Of a stretch of DNA of 64,000 nucleotides, positions 37,486 through 47,322 are shown piece after piece. Source of the DNA: a candidate division Kazan bacterium RIFCSPHIGHO2_01_FULL_44_14 (GTDB taxonomy: Bacteria > Patescibacteriota > Kazan-3B-28); NCBI GenBank assembly GCA_001771185.1, contig METB01000001.1:375200-439199 (forward strand). The letters run 5' to 3'. Position 1 is the stretch's first letter. Each line of letters begins with the position of its first letter. Under the pieces are notes generated by a model that ran no database searches, was not told the DNA's origin, and worked only from the letters and a program-made list of their open reading frames with translations. Position numbers and translations under genes: made by a program.

Positions 37486-38519
37486 AGATTTTAGCAATTG
37501 AGACATCCTGTGACGATACTGGGGTGGCCATTGTAGAAAATGGTCATCGGGTTTTAGTGAACCTAGTCGCTTCTCAAGAGAAATTACATGCGACTTTTGG
37601 CGGGGTGGTGCCCGAGGTAGCTTCGAGAGAGCACCTTAAGGCGGTTTTCCCGTTGATTGATTTGGCGTTGCAAAAAGCCAAATCAACTCCAAAGAAGATT
37701 GATGCGATTGCCGTGACAGTAGGCCCCGGGCTGTTGGGGTCGTTATTGGTAGGAGTAAATGCCGCCAAAGTTTTAGGTTATTTGTGGGGGAAACCGGTCG
37801 TTCCAGTCAATCATCTAATGGGACATATTTATGCCGGGTTTATTAATCGGCCCAAAGTGGGATTACCGGTATTGGCTTTGGTGGTTAGTGGCGGTCATAG
37901 TGAATTGGTGCTGATAAAGAAACAGGGTGAGTATAAATATTTGGGCGGGACGCGAGACGACGCGGCGGGAGAAGCGTTTGATAAAGTTGCGCGATTATTA
38001 GGGTTAGGATATCCGGGAGGACCAGCAGTAGCCGCAGAGGCGGCTAAATTACAAATTACAAATGACAAATTACAAATGTTGAGGAGAAGAGGGATTGTTT
38101 TGCCGAGGCCGATGTTGGGAGAAGATAATTTGGATTTTAGTTTTTCAGGATTAAAGACGGCAGTAGCCATCGTAGTAGCGAATTCCAAATTACATCCGCC
38201 AGCTGGCGGACCAAATGACAACCAGGTTAGAGCGGAGATCGCTCACGAATTCCAGTCGGCGGTAGTGGATGTCTTGGTGGGCAAATTATTCCGAGCGGTC
38301 ATTCAATATCAGCCCAAAACAATTGTGTTGGGAGGCGGGGTAGTGGCTAATCGCGAACTACGCAAACGAGTGGAGGAGTTGGCCGGAAAACATAATTGGC
38401 GGTTAGCAATTCCGGACTTTCAATACTGTACGGATAATGCGGCAATGGTCGGAGCGGCGGCATGGCATATTGGGATAAGTAAAAATTCGCAGTGGTACAA
38501 TGTTAATGTGATAAGTTAG
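37482..38519 (+). CDS. tsaD: tRNA N6-adenosine threonylcarbamoyltransferase TsaD (Kae1/YgjD)
   Basis: MKILAIETSCDDTGVAIV N-terminus and HxxGH metal site (HLMGHIYAG). Confidence 0.9.
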   Translation: MKILAIETSCDDTGVAIVENGHRVLVNLVASQEKLHATFGGVVPEVASREHLKAVFPLIDLALQKAKSTPKKIDAIAVTVGPGLLGSLLVGVNAAKVLGYLWGKPVVPVNHLMGHIYAGFINRPKVGLPVLALVVSGGHSELVLIKKQGEYKYLGGTRDDAAGEAFDKVARLLGLGYPGGPAVAAEAAKLQITNDKLQMLRRRGIVLPRPMLGEDNLDFSFSGLKTAVAIVVANSKLHPPAGGPNDNQVRAEIAHEFQSAVVDVLVGKLFRAVIQYQPKTIVLGGGVVANRELRKRVEELAGKHNWRLAIPDFQYCTDNAAMVGAAAWHIGISKNSQWYNVNVIS

Positions 38520-38556
38520 GTGGGCATAGGATATATTTTCTAAATTCTTCTACGGG

Positions 38557-40704
38557 GTGGATAAGACATTTGACTTCAAAAAACTAGAGTCGGGGCTATA
38601 TGACTCGTGGGAAAAATCGGGAGTGTTCACGCCTAAAATAGAGACCGGCAAACAGCCGTATACGATTATTATGCCGCCACCTAATGCTAATGCCAGTTTG
38701 CATATTGGGCATGCTTTATTTGTGACGGTCGAAGATATTATGGTGCGTTACCATCGGATGAAGGGGGAGCCGACGCTGTGGTTACCTGGGGCGGATCATG
38801 CCGGGATCGCGACCCAAGTATCTTTTGAAAAAGAATTGGCCAAGCAAGATAAAACCCGGTTCGATTTGGGGAGAGATGAGTTCGTGAAACAAACCTTTGA
38901 TTTTACGGTTAAGAATCGGATAACGATGGAAAACCAATTGCGAGCTCTGGGGGCAAGTTGCGATTGGACCAGGAAAAAGTTTACTCTCGATTCGGATGTC
39001 AGCGAGGCGGTGTTTACAACTTTCAAAAAAATGTATGACGAAGGACTAATCTACCGGGGAGAGCGAATTGTGAACTGGTGTCCTAGGTGTGCCACCTCAC
39101 TATCCGACTTGGAAGTTGAGCACAAGGAAACCGAAGGAGTGCTTACATATATTAAATATCCGGTGGTGGGGGGTGGAGAAATTGTGGTGGCAACGACTCG
39201 GCCGGAGACGATGTTGGGTGACACGGCCGTAGCGGTGAACCCCAACGACAAGCGATATGTCAAACTGGTCGGACAAAAAGTTTTATTGCCGTTAATGGAA
39301 CGGGAAATCCCGATTATCACAGACATAGTGGTGGATATGGAGTTTGGAACAGGGGCGGTGAAAGTGACCCCGGCGCATGACTCAACCGATTTTGAAATCG
39401 GTCAACGGCATGGATTGCCGACGATTTCGGTGATTGGTCAAGATTTAAAAATGACAGAAAGCGCTGGCCGGTATGCGGGGATGAAGACGAAAGAAGCGCG
39501 AGAGAAGGTGATAGCGGATTTGCAAACAGTCGGGTTGATTGAAAAAACCCAGCCACATCTTCACAGTGTTGGCCGATGTCAGCGGTGCGATTCGGTGGTT
39601 GAGCCAATTATTTCTAAACAGTGGTTTGTGAAAATCGCTTCTTTGGCCAAGCCGGCAATCGAGGCAGTAAAGCGGGGGGCGATCAAATTTATCCCACAGC
39701 ATTTTGAGAAACTCTACTTTAACTGGATGGAAAATATTCGGGATTGGAACATCAGTCGGCAGTTGTGGTGGGGACACCAGATTCCTGTCTGGTACTGCCA
39801 AGCCCAGCAAGTTAAAAGTGATAAGTTAAAAGTGATAAGTGAAGGAGGGGATAATTTTATAGTTTCAGCAGAGAGGCCGGGGAAGTGTCCGGTGTGCGGA
39901 AAGTGTGAAATGTGTCAGGACACAGATACGCTCGACACTTGGTTCTCATCAGGGCTGTGGCCATTTACGACATTAGGTTGGCCAAAGTCAACCGAAGATT
40001 TTAAATATTTTTATCCCACTACAATGATGGAGACGGGGTGGGATATTATCTTTTTCTGGGTGGCTCGAATGATTATGCTGGGGATTTATTGCACTGGCAA
40101 ACCGCCATTTGAGTTGGTCTATTTGAATGGGTTGGTTCGTGACCAAGAGGGGAACAAAATCTCTAAGTCCAAAGGGAATGTGATTGATCCAATGATGATG
40201 GTTGAGAAATACGGCGCCGATGCTCTGCGGATGGGGCTAGTAGTGGGGACAGCAGCGGGGAACGATACGGCAATGTCGGAAGATAAAGTTAGGGCTTACC
40301 GGAACTTTGCTAACAAGATTTGGAACGCGGCGCGGTTTATTAATTTGGAAGTCAGTACGCCAAAGGCCGTTAAAGAAGTAGAGCTGACGGCCGAGGACAC
40401 GGCTTGGTTGAAAGAATTTGACGAAATGATACGCGAGACGACCAAGATGATGGAGCAATATCAGCTGGGTCAGGCAGCAGAAAAACTTTACGGTTATTTT
40501 TGGCACACATTTTGCGACAAGCATATCGAAGCAGCCAAGCCGCGATTGAAGGATGAGCAGCAAAAAGAAACTGCCGCTGCAGTTCTGGATCACATTCTAA
40601 AAAACTCTCTGATTATGCTTCATCCATTTGTACCATTCGTGACGGAAGCAGTTTGGGGCGAGCTCTACGATGATCAATTAATTACGGCCGCTTGGCCGAA
40701 ATAG
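38557..40704 (+). CDS. valS: Valyl-tRNA synthetase (short form without C-terminal coiled-coil)
   Basis: HIGH motif (PPPNANASLHIGHA), KMSKS motif (KISKSKGN), TTRPETMLGDTAVAVNP editing-domain signature. Only 715 aa. Confidence 0.8.
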   Translation: MDKTFDFKKLESGLYDSWEKSGVFTPKIETGKQPYTIIMPPPNANASLHIGHALFVTVEDIMVRYHRMKGEPTLWLPGADHAGIATQVSFEKELAKQDKTRFDLGRDEFVKQTFDFTVKNRITMENQLRALGASCDWTRKKFTLDSDVSEAVFTTFKKMYDEGLIYRGERIVNWCPRCATSLSDLEVEHKETEGVLTYIKYPVVGGGEIVVATTRPETMLGDTAVAVNPNDKRYVKLVGQKVLLPLMEREIPIITDIVVDMEFGTGAVKVTPAHDSTDFEIGQRHGLPTISVIGQDLKMTESAGRYAGMKTKEAREKVIADLQTVGLIEKTQPHLHSVGRCQRCDSVVEPIISKQWFVKIASLAKPAIEAVKRGAIKFIPQHFEKLYFNWMENIRDWNISRQLWWGHQIPVWYCQAQQVKSDKLKVISEGGDNFIVSAERPGKCPVCGKCEMCQDTDTLDTWFSSGLWPFTTLGWPKSTEDFKYFYPTTMMETGWDIIFFWVARMIMLGIYCTGKPPFELVYLNGLVRDQEGNKISKSKGNVIDPMMMVEKYGADALRMGLVVGTAAGNDTAMSEDKVRAYRNFANKIWNAARFINLEVSTPKAVKEVELTAEDTAWLKEFDEMIRETTKMMEQYQLGQAAEKLYGYFWHTFCDKHIEAAKPRLKDEQQKETAAAVLDHILKNSLIMLHPFVPFVTEAVWGELYDDQLITAAWPK

Positions 40705-40749
40705 GATTAGGATTTCGGTTTGTTTTTATATTGTTCCAAGGTGTCTTTT

Positions 40750-41112
40750 TTGTCATCCCGAGCGCAGTCGAGGGATCTGGCTATGAGTGCGAGACAATAC
40801 TATGTTTATATCTTGGCGAACCATAGTCGGGTTTTATATATTGGTGTAACCAATAATTTGACGCGACGGGTATACGAGCATAATCATGATTTAGTCCCGG
40901 GTTTTACACGCAAGTATAAAATTCATCGGTTGGTTTATCAGGAACATTGTGACGACGTTGAAAACGCTATTGCCAGAGAAAAACAGTTGAAAAATTGGAG
41001 ACGAGACAAGAAAGTAGCTTTAATTAACCGAATCAACCCAGAGTGGGAAGATTTGGTAGGTGTAGTAACGGGCTAGATCCCTCGATTCGCTCCGCTCACT
41101 CGGGATGACAAA
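40750..41112 (+). mobile_element. GIY-YIG element bounded by ~29-bp IRs TTGTCATCCCGAGCG..CGAGGGATCT
   Basis: The left IR (40750..40778) and right IR (41075..41112) are reverse complements. The termini match the MITE family at 34524 and 35984. Confidence 0.55.
40783..41076 (+). CDS. GIY-YIG nuclease family protein
   Basis: MSARQYYVYILANHSRVLYIGVTNNLTRRVYEHN matches the GIY-YIG core. Confidence 0.7.
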   Translation: MSARQYYVYILANHSRVLYIGVTNNLTRRVYEHNHDLVPGFTRKYKIHRLVYQEHCDDVENAIAREKQLKNWRRDKKVALINRINPEWEDLVGVVTG

Positions 41113-41266
41113 GTCGATGGTTGATTACAATAACAAAGGGGCTACTCGTCTAGTAGCCCCAAGCCTTATTACGTGAAGGACGTTGGCGTTGCCAACCTAT
41201 AGGATTCACCTCCTTGGTTTTGAGAATAAGGAACATCGGCTTACGCCAGCTTGAATGTAGCACGGG

Positions 41267-42034
41267 TTAGTTCCCATAACCAGGCAGGATAGAGGGGAGG
41301 TTGTAAGTAGTGCCGGCTGAACTGCCGCCAGTTGATTGGTTGGCATATTGTGGTCGGGCGACTTTGAGGACTCCACCTGAAGGGAACTCCATTAAAACCC
41401 AGATTCTGGTTTCAGCGACAATCTCGGCGTTGTAATTGGTTTGATAATTGGCAATCGCATTAACATCTTGGATCGGGGCGTAGGCCAAACGGTCTTGAAG
41501 CCAGGTGGTCTCGTCGCCAGTTTTAGTATTGAAACTGCGGATAATGTCGTTCGAGAAAATCACTAACACATTAGTCCCTTTTTGATACCAAGCCCGACCA
41601 CCGTCCTGATAAGCGTAAGCCAAATCGCTATTGGCGGGTGGGAGGATTCCTGCCAAGGCCGATGGTTGGTAGATCTCGGTATCGGAGCGGTCGCTTAGGA
41701 AGTAAGAGGCGGTTGGTGCAGTGAGAGTGTCGGAAGGTGATGAGTAGAAAGAGTCGGCTGGGCGATAAACTAAGTTAATAGTGGCCTTGGCGTCTTGGCC
41801 AATCTTGGCCGGGTTGTCAGGGAGATGAATATCCAGAAACCCCGGGGTAGGTACTTGGATAGCAGGGCCAGTAACCGAAGTATTTTGTAATAATGACGCC
41901 AAAACATCCGATTGAGTAGATTGAGAATGGGCTGGAGCGGGCTGGTAGTTGCGGACAGCGGGCAAGACCTCGGCGAAGACCAGGCCGAGGAGAAGAAAGA
42001 GAGCGAATAAGTTACGGAGTTTAACCATAAACAA
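41267..42034 (-). CDS. Secreted hypothetical protein (signal peptide)
   Basis: N-terminal signal sequence MFMVKLRNLFALFLLLGLVFA. A hairpin at 41140..41162 may act as a terminator. Confidence 0.45.
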   Translation of the reverse strand: MFMVKLRNLFALFLLLGLVFAEVLPAVRNYQPAPAHSQSTQSDVLASLLQNTSVTGPAIQVPTPGFLDIHLPDNPAKIGQDAKATINLVYRPADSFYSSPSDTLTAPTASYFLSDRSDTEIYQPSALAGILPPANSDLAYAYQDGGRAWYQKGTNVLVIFSNDIIRSFNTKTGDETTWLQDRLAYAPIQDVNAIANYQTNYNAEIVAETRIWVLMEFPSGGVLKVARPQYANQSTGGSSAGTTYNLPSILPGYGN

Positions 42035-42082
42035 GCGGGTTGAGTCCGCTTACTTTTCACCTGGTCTTATTATACCATGGTC

Positions 42083-43732
42083 TTATTCGGCAATCACTCG
42101 TAAAAGTTCATCTAGGGTAGTAATCCCGGCAGAAACCTTGGCTATCCCATCTTGGGCCAGAGTGGTCATCCCTTGGCTGACAGCAAGTTGCTTAATCTCG
42201 TTTGAAGATGCCCCGGAAAGAATTTTGGCTTGAATTTCAGGGGTGACTTTAAGCAGTTCGAAAATTCCAATTCGTCCACGGTAGCCGGTACCATTACATT
42301 TATCACAACCTTTGACGAGGGGAACCGTGGCGGGGATTTGAGCATCGGGCAGGATTGATTTGATTTTGGCAATGAAGATTGTGTCTGGCGCAGAAGTAGC
42401 AGTTTTGCAATCGGAGCAGATTTTGCGGACTAACCGTTGAGCAATAATTAACCTAAGAGCGTCGGCGAATAAATTGGGTTTAGCATCCAAGTCCACCAAC
42501 CTCGGGATGGCTCCAGCAGCATCGTTCGTGTGAAGAGTGGAGAGAACTAGGTGGCCGGTCAGCGAAGCATTAACAGCAATGTCAGCGGTTTCCTGATCTC
42601 GGATTTCTCCGACTAAAATAATATCTGGGTCTTGGCGAACGATGGCTCGCAGAGCGTTAGCAAAGTCATAATTTTCTTCTGGGTTAACTTGGGTTTGGGT
42701 GACGCCGTTGAGTTGGTACTCGATTGGGTCCTCGACAGTGATGATTTTAGTGGTAGGAGAGTTGATAGTGTTCAACACAGCGTAGAGAGTGGTGGTTTTC
42801 CCGGAGCCGGTTGGGCCAGTATTCAAAATTAGACCATTGGGTTGGTGAATGGCTTCATCGATAACTTGGCGATCACGTTGGCTTAATCCTAATTCATCTA
42901 GGGAAACAAACTTCCCCGTTTGGGGGAGTAGCCGCATAACCACTGATTCGCCATATTGGGTTGGCAAAACAGAAACTCGGATGTCGTAATGTTCGTCCTC
43001 GGCGGTGATAGAAAAACGGCCGTCTTGAGAACTTTCTTTAATATTTAATTTGAGAGTAGCCAGGAGTTTAATTCGGCTAAGAACGGTTTCGTGGGTGGCT
43101 TTGGGCAGGGTGGCAATGTCTTGGAGGACGCCGTCCAATCGATACCGCAACCGGACATCGGTTTGAGTTGGTTCGATATGAATGTCGGAAGCCCCTAAGC
43201 CAGTGGCTCCAGCAAAAATCAATTCAACCAAATCGCTGGTTGAGGTCTTGGCTAACTTGGTTTGAAAATTTTTCAGGTCGGTAAGTTTGGTAATCGAAGT
43301 CCCGGGTTTGCCGAGATTGATGGAGGTAGTAATTGGGTGCCCATCCTTGGGAGCGAAAGTGTCATAGAGGCCGATGACATAGCGTATTGATGAATCAGAC
43401 ACCAGGACTGGTTGGAACTGATATTCATCCATGGCGTCTAGTTGTTTAAGCGCAGTTAGCGTAGCGGGGGAGTTGGGGTTGGTGAGAGCCAACATAACTT
43501 TAGTCCCGGTTTTTTCAAAAGCAAAAATTTGAGCCGATTCAACTAACTCTTTGGGAACAATCGCAACGGCAGCCGGGTCGGGCTGAAGGTTATTTAAGTT
43601 TCGATATTCTAAATTGAACTGGGCTGCCTGGGTTTTGGTCAGTTCTTCTTCCTTAGTCCGCTGAAGATGCTTCACGGTCTGTTCTAATGGAGCTTGATTG
43701 TCGTCTGGTTGGGGGTTAGATTGATTAGTCAT
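42083..43732 (-). CDS. pilB: Type IV pilus / type II secretion assembly ATPase (PilB/GspE family)
   Basis: Walker A (GPTGSGKTTT), Asp and His boxes, and a tetracysteine CxxC...CDKCNGTGY zinc motif. N-terminal GSPII_E_N-like domain. Start set at MTNQSN. Confidence 0.8.
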   Translation of the reverse strand: MTNQSNPQPDDNQAPLEQTVKHLQRTKEEELTKTQAAQFNLEYRNLNNLQPDPAAVAIVPKELVESAQIFAFEKTGTKVMLALTNPNSPATLTALKQLDAMDEYQFQPVLVSDSSIRYVIGLYDTFAPKDGHPITTSINLGKPGTSITKLTDLKNFQTKLAKTSTSDLVELIFAGATGLGASDIHIEPTQTDVRLRYRLDGVLQDIATLPKATHETVLSRIKLLATLKLNIKESSQDGRFSITAEDEHYDIRVSVLPTQYGESVVMRLLPQTGKFVSLDELGLSQRDRQVIDEAIHQPNGLILNTGPTGSGKTTTLYAVLNTINSPTTKIITVEDPIEYQLNGVTQTQVNPEENYDFANALRAIVRQDPDIILVGEIRDQETADIAVNASLTGHLVLSTLHTNDAAGAIPRLVDLDAKPNLFADALRLIIAQRLVRKICSDCKTATSAPDTIFIAKIKSILPDAQIPATVPLVKGCDKCNGTGYRGRIGIFELLKVTPEIQAKILSGASSNEIKQLAVSQGMTTLAQDGIAKVSAGITTLDELLRVIAE

Positions 43733-43742
43733 GGAGAATAAT

Positions 43743-44657
43743 TTAAGAAGTGGGGAGGGCTTTGCCAAGGACGATGGCTTTATCGAGGGCGCCTTCGATG
43801 GGGAAGTTTTCGAGTCGGACTCGAGCGACATTTTCCCATAGACCGGCCTCTTCTACTGTAGCAGAAAAGGCGAAGGTCAAAGATGCGGTTGGATTATTGT
43901 GGGTAAGCTCGATCCGGTATTCTCCCATCCAGCCACTGCCAATTAATTGGGGCTGACCAGTTTGACCAACCGTGAGGGAATCACTGCCTTGGATGTGATT
44001 GAGTCCGCGTGGGAGTAAATCGTCGACAACGAAAACGGCTACGACTTGGTCGCCACTGGCGCTGTCTGGGACATTGCTTACACTCACGCTAACTTCAATT
44101 TTGAAATCAACCTGGGTTTGGCCATCAGCCAGAGCATCAACATAGTGAGTGTAACTGCCGTCAGGAGCCAACCGAACTTGTTTGGAGATACTGTAAGTAA
44201 ATTTCAATCCGCTAACGGGTTCCTCTTGTCCTGGTTGAGTAACGACTGGTAGGCCTCCGCTATTGAGGTCAGTTGGGTCAGTCCCTAAAATAATTTCAAT
44301 TCCATCAGCGACACCATCGCCGTCAGTGTCGGGGTTGGTTGGGTCGGTTCCGGGATCATCGAGGCCGTTGTAAATGCCGGAGTTATTTTCTTTGGAGTTT
44401 TCAATTCCATCATTGTCGTGGTCGCCGGGGCCGGTAACTTTTGGGCTAACCGCGGGAGTGGTTTCGTCGGGGATGTCTAACTCCCCGGCTGGATTGGTGA
44501 TGTCGGTATCGCGTTCAGCCATGGTCCGAGTACCCCAGCGCTCTTCGATCCCGGAAGTTTCTCTAATAAAAGTCGCCCCCAAGGTTGCGATAATAACCAC
44601 ACTGACAATGGTGGCGCCGGTGACGATGGCAAAACCAGATCCAACCCCGATACGCAT
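43743..44657 (-). CDS. Surface protein: N-terminal TM/pilin-like anchor, Ca-binding TSP3-like Asp repeats, C-terminal DUF11-like domain
   Basis: N-terminal MRIGVGSGFAIVTGATIVSVVIIATLG is hydrophobic (G|F but no Glu at +5). DPTNPDTDGDGVADG repeat. C-terminal ...VAVFVVDDLLPRGLNHIQGSD...GWMGEYRIEL... resembles DUF11. Confidence 0.4.
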   Translation of the reverse strand: MRIGVGSGFAIVTGATIVSVVIIATLGATFIRETSGIEERWGTRTMAERDTDITNPAGELDIPDETTPAVSPKVTGPGDHDNDGIENSKENNSGIYNGLDDPGTDPTNPDTDGDGVADGIEIILGTDPTDLNSGGLPVVTQPGQEEPVSGLKFTYSISKQVRLAPDGSYTHYVDALADGQTQVDFKIEVSVSVSNVPDSASGDQVVAVFVVDDLLPRGLNHIQGSDSLTVGQTGQPQLIGSGWMGEYRIELTHNNPTASLTFAFSATVEEAGLWENVARVRLENFPIEGALDKAIVLGKALPTS

Positions 44658-44659
44658 AA

Positions 44660-46450
44660 TTACTCCCCGGTTAGATTACGCAGTTCGGCTAATTGGGCAG
44701 GGTCAGAAGTGACGATTTTATCTTCCACATAACTAGCCACAACTTTAATGGCGGCATGGTTAGTGCCGGCAAAGAAAAGTCCTTCACCAACTTCGGACTC
44801 GAGCAGTAGGAACTTTTCACCTTGGGTCAAATTGAAGGTCTCGGCGACGACATCAATCGAAGCCGGGGACTGGCGGAAGAGCAGTTGAAGAGACGAGTTG
44901 GCTACCACTGCCTTACCATATTTGGAGCCCAAAAAGTCCTCTACATCCTGGGTAATAGTGGTGAGCCCGAGATAATATTTGCGAGCTCGTTTGGCGATAC
45001 TATATAAGAATTTAGCCGAGTCCTCGTATTGCATTAAAATCCAGGCCTCGTCGATGATGAGCAGACGCTTTTTAATATTGAAGCGGATTTTATTCCAAAT
45101 ATAATTCAACACCACATACATAGCGATGGGGCGAAGGGCGTCCTCCAAATCCCGAATATTGAAGACAACTAAACCGGTGTCTAAATCAAAATTGGTTGGT
45201 TTGTTGAAGATGCCAGCGAAAGTCCCGCGGGTATATTTGCTAAGTCGTTGAGACAAACTTTCGGCTCCCTGCATGTTGTCCAAAACATTTTGCAAGTCCT
45301 CCATCGTCGGCATTGGGTTTTTGTGGGTGGCGGTGTCGTTGGTGATATCTTTGAGGGCGTAGGTTTCATGTAAGGCCTTGTCCATCAAAGCATCTTCTTC
45401 GGGAGTCAAAGTCCCGACCAGCAAATTCATCAGGCCAAGCAAAGTGACGATGGCGGAGCGAAGGACTTTTTCGCCGTCAGCATCGACGCCCAGGTCGGGC
45501 AGGTCAAATGGATTAATCCGTTTGTCGCTGTTGAGCGAGATAGAAATAAATGAACCGCCAATGGCATTGGCCAGGGTCTCGTATTCATTCTCTGGATCGA
45601 TGACAATCGTGTCAGTTCCGAACATCGCACTGCGCAAAACCTCGAGTTTGACCGCATAGGACTTACCTCCACCGGACTTGGCGAAGACAGCCATGTTGGC
45701 ATTTTCTAAATCGAACCGGTCAAATAAAATCAGCGAATTGTTGTGCCGGTTGATACCATACAGAACACCTTTGCCGGTAGTCAGGTCAACCGAAGTGAAG
45801 GGGAAAGTGGTAGCAAGTGAGGAACTGGTCATGTTGCGGACAATATCTAACTCATCTAAGCCCAGTGGCAAAGAAGAATTAAAGCCCTGCTCCATTTGAA
45901 GTAAAGCATGCTTGGTGTAAACTAATTGGCCGCCCAGCGTGGTTTCAATGTGTTGGGTAATCGATTCCAACTCTTCGGGGGTCTTGGCGTAGATGGTGAA
46001 ATACAAACCATAATGGAAGAACCGTTCCATCCCGCGTTGCAGACGGTCACGGAGTTCCTCGGCATCTTGGTAGGCGACTTCCAGTTCGGGGTCGCGAACA
46101 GCGCCCTTTTCTTGGTTGATTCGAAGCGAGGACTCCATTTCGGCCACTTTCCGGCGGAGCGTATTCATAATGGCAGTACTGTCAATCGGGTAGATGTGCA
46201 TCGAAATGTCCAAATCAACATCATAGTTAATGACTGGGTTGAGCCAGTTGGTTTCAATATATTGAGGGTAGGTGAGCACAAACAGGGTTCGGACAAACCG
46301 GCCATTGAGCTCAATGGAATCATTTTTGATTTCCATAGAAGCCGGGGCAACCAAATCACGAATTGAAACTAGGCCAGCTTCAAATTGTTCGACGGCTTTG
46401 CGGGCGTCAGCTTCTTTTTGGGGCTTAGGTTTTCTTTTGAATAGAGCCAT
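44660..46450 (-). CDS. VirB4/TrbE-family type IV secretion ATPase
   Basis: P-loop FAKSGGGKSYAVK and the VirB4-typical Walker B LLIIDEAW. About 600 aa, comparable to the Gram-positive/CPR VirB4 class. Confidence 0.7.
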   Translation of the reverse strand: MALFKRKPKPQKEADARKAVEQFEAGLVSIRDLVAPASMEIKNDSIELNGRFVRTLFVLTYPQYIETNWLNPVINYDVDLDISMHIYPIDSTAIMNTLRRKVAEMESSLRINQEKGAVRDPELEVAYQDAEELRDRLQRGMERFFHYGLYFTIYAKTPEELESITQHIETTLGGQLVYTKHALLQMEQGFNSSLPLGLDELDIVRNMTSSSLATTFPFTSVDLTTGKGVLYGINRHNNSLILFDRFDLENANMAVFAKSGGGKSYAVKLEVLRSAMFGTDTIVIDPENEYETLANAIGGSFISISLNSDKRINPFDLPDLGVDADGEKVLRSAIVTLLGLMNLLVGTLTPEEDALMDKALHETYALKDITNDTATHKNPMPTMEDLQNVLDNMQGAESLSQRLSKYTRGTFAGIFNKPTNFDLDTGLVVFNIRDLEDALRPIAMYVVLNYIWNKIRFNIKKRLLIIDEAWILMQYEDSAKFLYSIAKRARKYYLGLTTITQDVEDFLGSKYGKAVVANSSLQLLFRQSPASIDVVAETFNLTQGEKFLLLESEVGEGLFFAGTNHAAIKVVASYVEDKIVTSDPAQLAELRNLTGE

Positions 46451-46532
46451 CCCGTTAAAAATTTTTACTAATGTATGTGTATTGCATCTTGGTGGTCTGT
46501 TGTTTGTGCCCGTTTTCTAGATTTTTAACGGG
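46451..46532 (-). promoter_or_regulatory. Conserved ~85-nt leader element with 12-bp IR (CCCGTTAAAAAT / ATTTTTAACGGG), copy 1
   Basis: About 85% identical to 47234..47320. Ends ...TAACGGG directly at the ATG of the VirB4 gene. Confidence 0.5.
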
Positions 46533-46540
46533 ACAGGTAG

Positions 46541-47233
46541 TTATTGTCCTGGGTTGGTATCCTTAATATGCTGGATGACTGAAACATCGACATTACTGAC
46601 CGAAAATAGTTTTTGTCTCCGGGCGGTATCAGTATTGTAGGTAGTATAGAACAGCTCAATCAATTCTTGAGTGTTGAGTTGGACATTATGCAACCCCAGC
46701 CCAGCCAGACCAGACGAGGCCAAGGAAGTCCGTTCCATCAACTTGGTTTTAACTTCCTCAAATCGGCCACCCAATGAAACCGGCCCACTCTTTTTACCAA
46801 AAAGTCCAGCCAGAAATCCGCCGGTAGGGAGTTCGACGCCGGTATCGTAGGGGATAACTAGATAGAAGGTTTTACTCATGATGTTAGCGACACCGATGAG
46901 TTCGCGGACGAAGTTGGTGTACTCGGTAGTTTGAGTTCGAAGCAGGTCATTGGTTTGTTGACGGCTAAGGGTGTCGAGTTGGGCCAAGTAATTGTCCAAA
47001 TCCAACATTCGGGACTGGACAACGATTTGGATTGGGAATCCTAGGCCGTTGAGAAAGGCCTGGTACTGCTGCATCATCGCTTCTTGTTCGTCCCTGGATT
47101 TGAGGTTGAAGTTGATGGCGTTGACCATCAATACAGTCCGAAATCCGCCGGTCTTTAAAATCACTATCCCATCGCGGACTTCCTTGATAGGTAGGTACTT
47201 TTGAGTACTGTTGGGCTGCTTTGATTTAGCCAT
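46541..47233 (-). CDS. VirB4 N-terminal-domain paralog (no ATPase domain)
   Basis: LPIKEVRDGIVILKTGGFRTVLMVNAINF... parallels the VirB4 N-terminus SIRDLVAPASMEIKNDSIELNGRFVRTLFVLTYP... The same leader element precedes it. Confidence 0.4.
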   Translation of the reverse strand: MAKSKQPNSTQKYLPIKEVRDGIVILKTGGFRTVLMVNAINFNLKSRDEQEAMMQQYQAFLNGLGFPIQIVVQSRMLDLDNYLAQLDTLSRQQTNDLLRTQTTEYTNFVRELIGVANIMSKTFYLVIPYDTGVELPTGGFLAGLFGKKSGPVSLGGRFEEVKTKLMERTSLASSGLAGLGLHNVQLNTQELIELFYTTYNTDTARRQKLFSVSNVDVSVIQHIKDTNPGQ

Positions 47234-47320
47234 CTCGTTAAAATTTTTTGTCAGTGTAAGTGTATTGCATCTTGGTGGTTTGTTAGTTTTGCCCGTTTTC
47301 TTGATTCTCTTGGGACAGGT
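47234..47320 (-). promoter_or_regulatory. Conserved ~85-nt leader element, copy 2 (IR degenerated)
   Basis: Shares ...gtgtattgcatcttggtgg.ttgtt.gtt.tgcccgttttct... with copy 1. Ends TAACGAG directly at the ATG. Confidence 0.5.
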
Positions 47321-47322
47321 AA

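Noticed and set aside
39811-39838. 14-nt tandem duplication (GTTAAAAGTGATAA x2) inside valS, and an AAATTACAAAT-type tandem repeat inside tsaD (38041..38075)
   Set aside because: Both reading frames remain open and the flanking motifs are intact. They are probably fixed short sequence repeats encoding KLxV/KLQ peptide repeats. They are not frameshifts or phase-variation switches.
43743-44657. Calling the 304-aa protein a type IV (pseudo)pilin
   Set aside because: The N-terminus has a G|F-hydrophobic segment but lacks the conserved Glu at +5 and the typical short basic leader. It is kept as a generic TM-anchored DUF11 surface protein with only a low-confidence pilin-like note.
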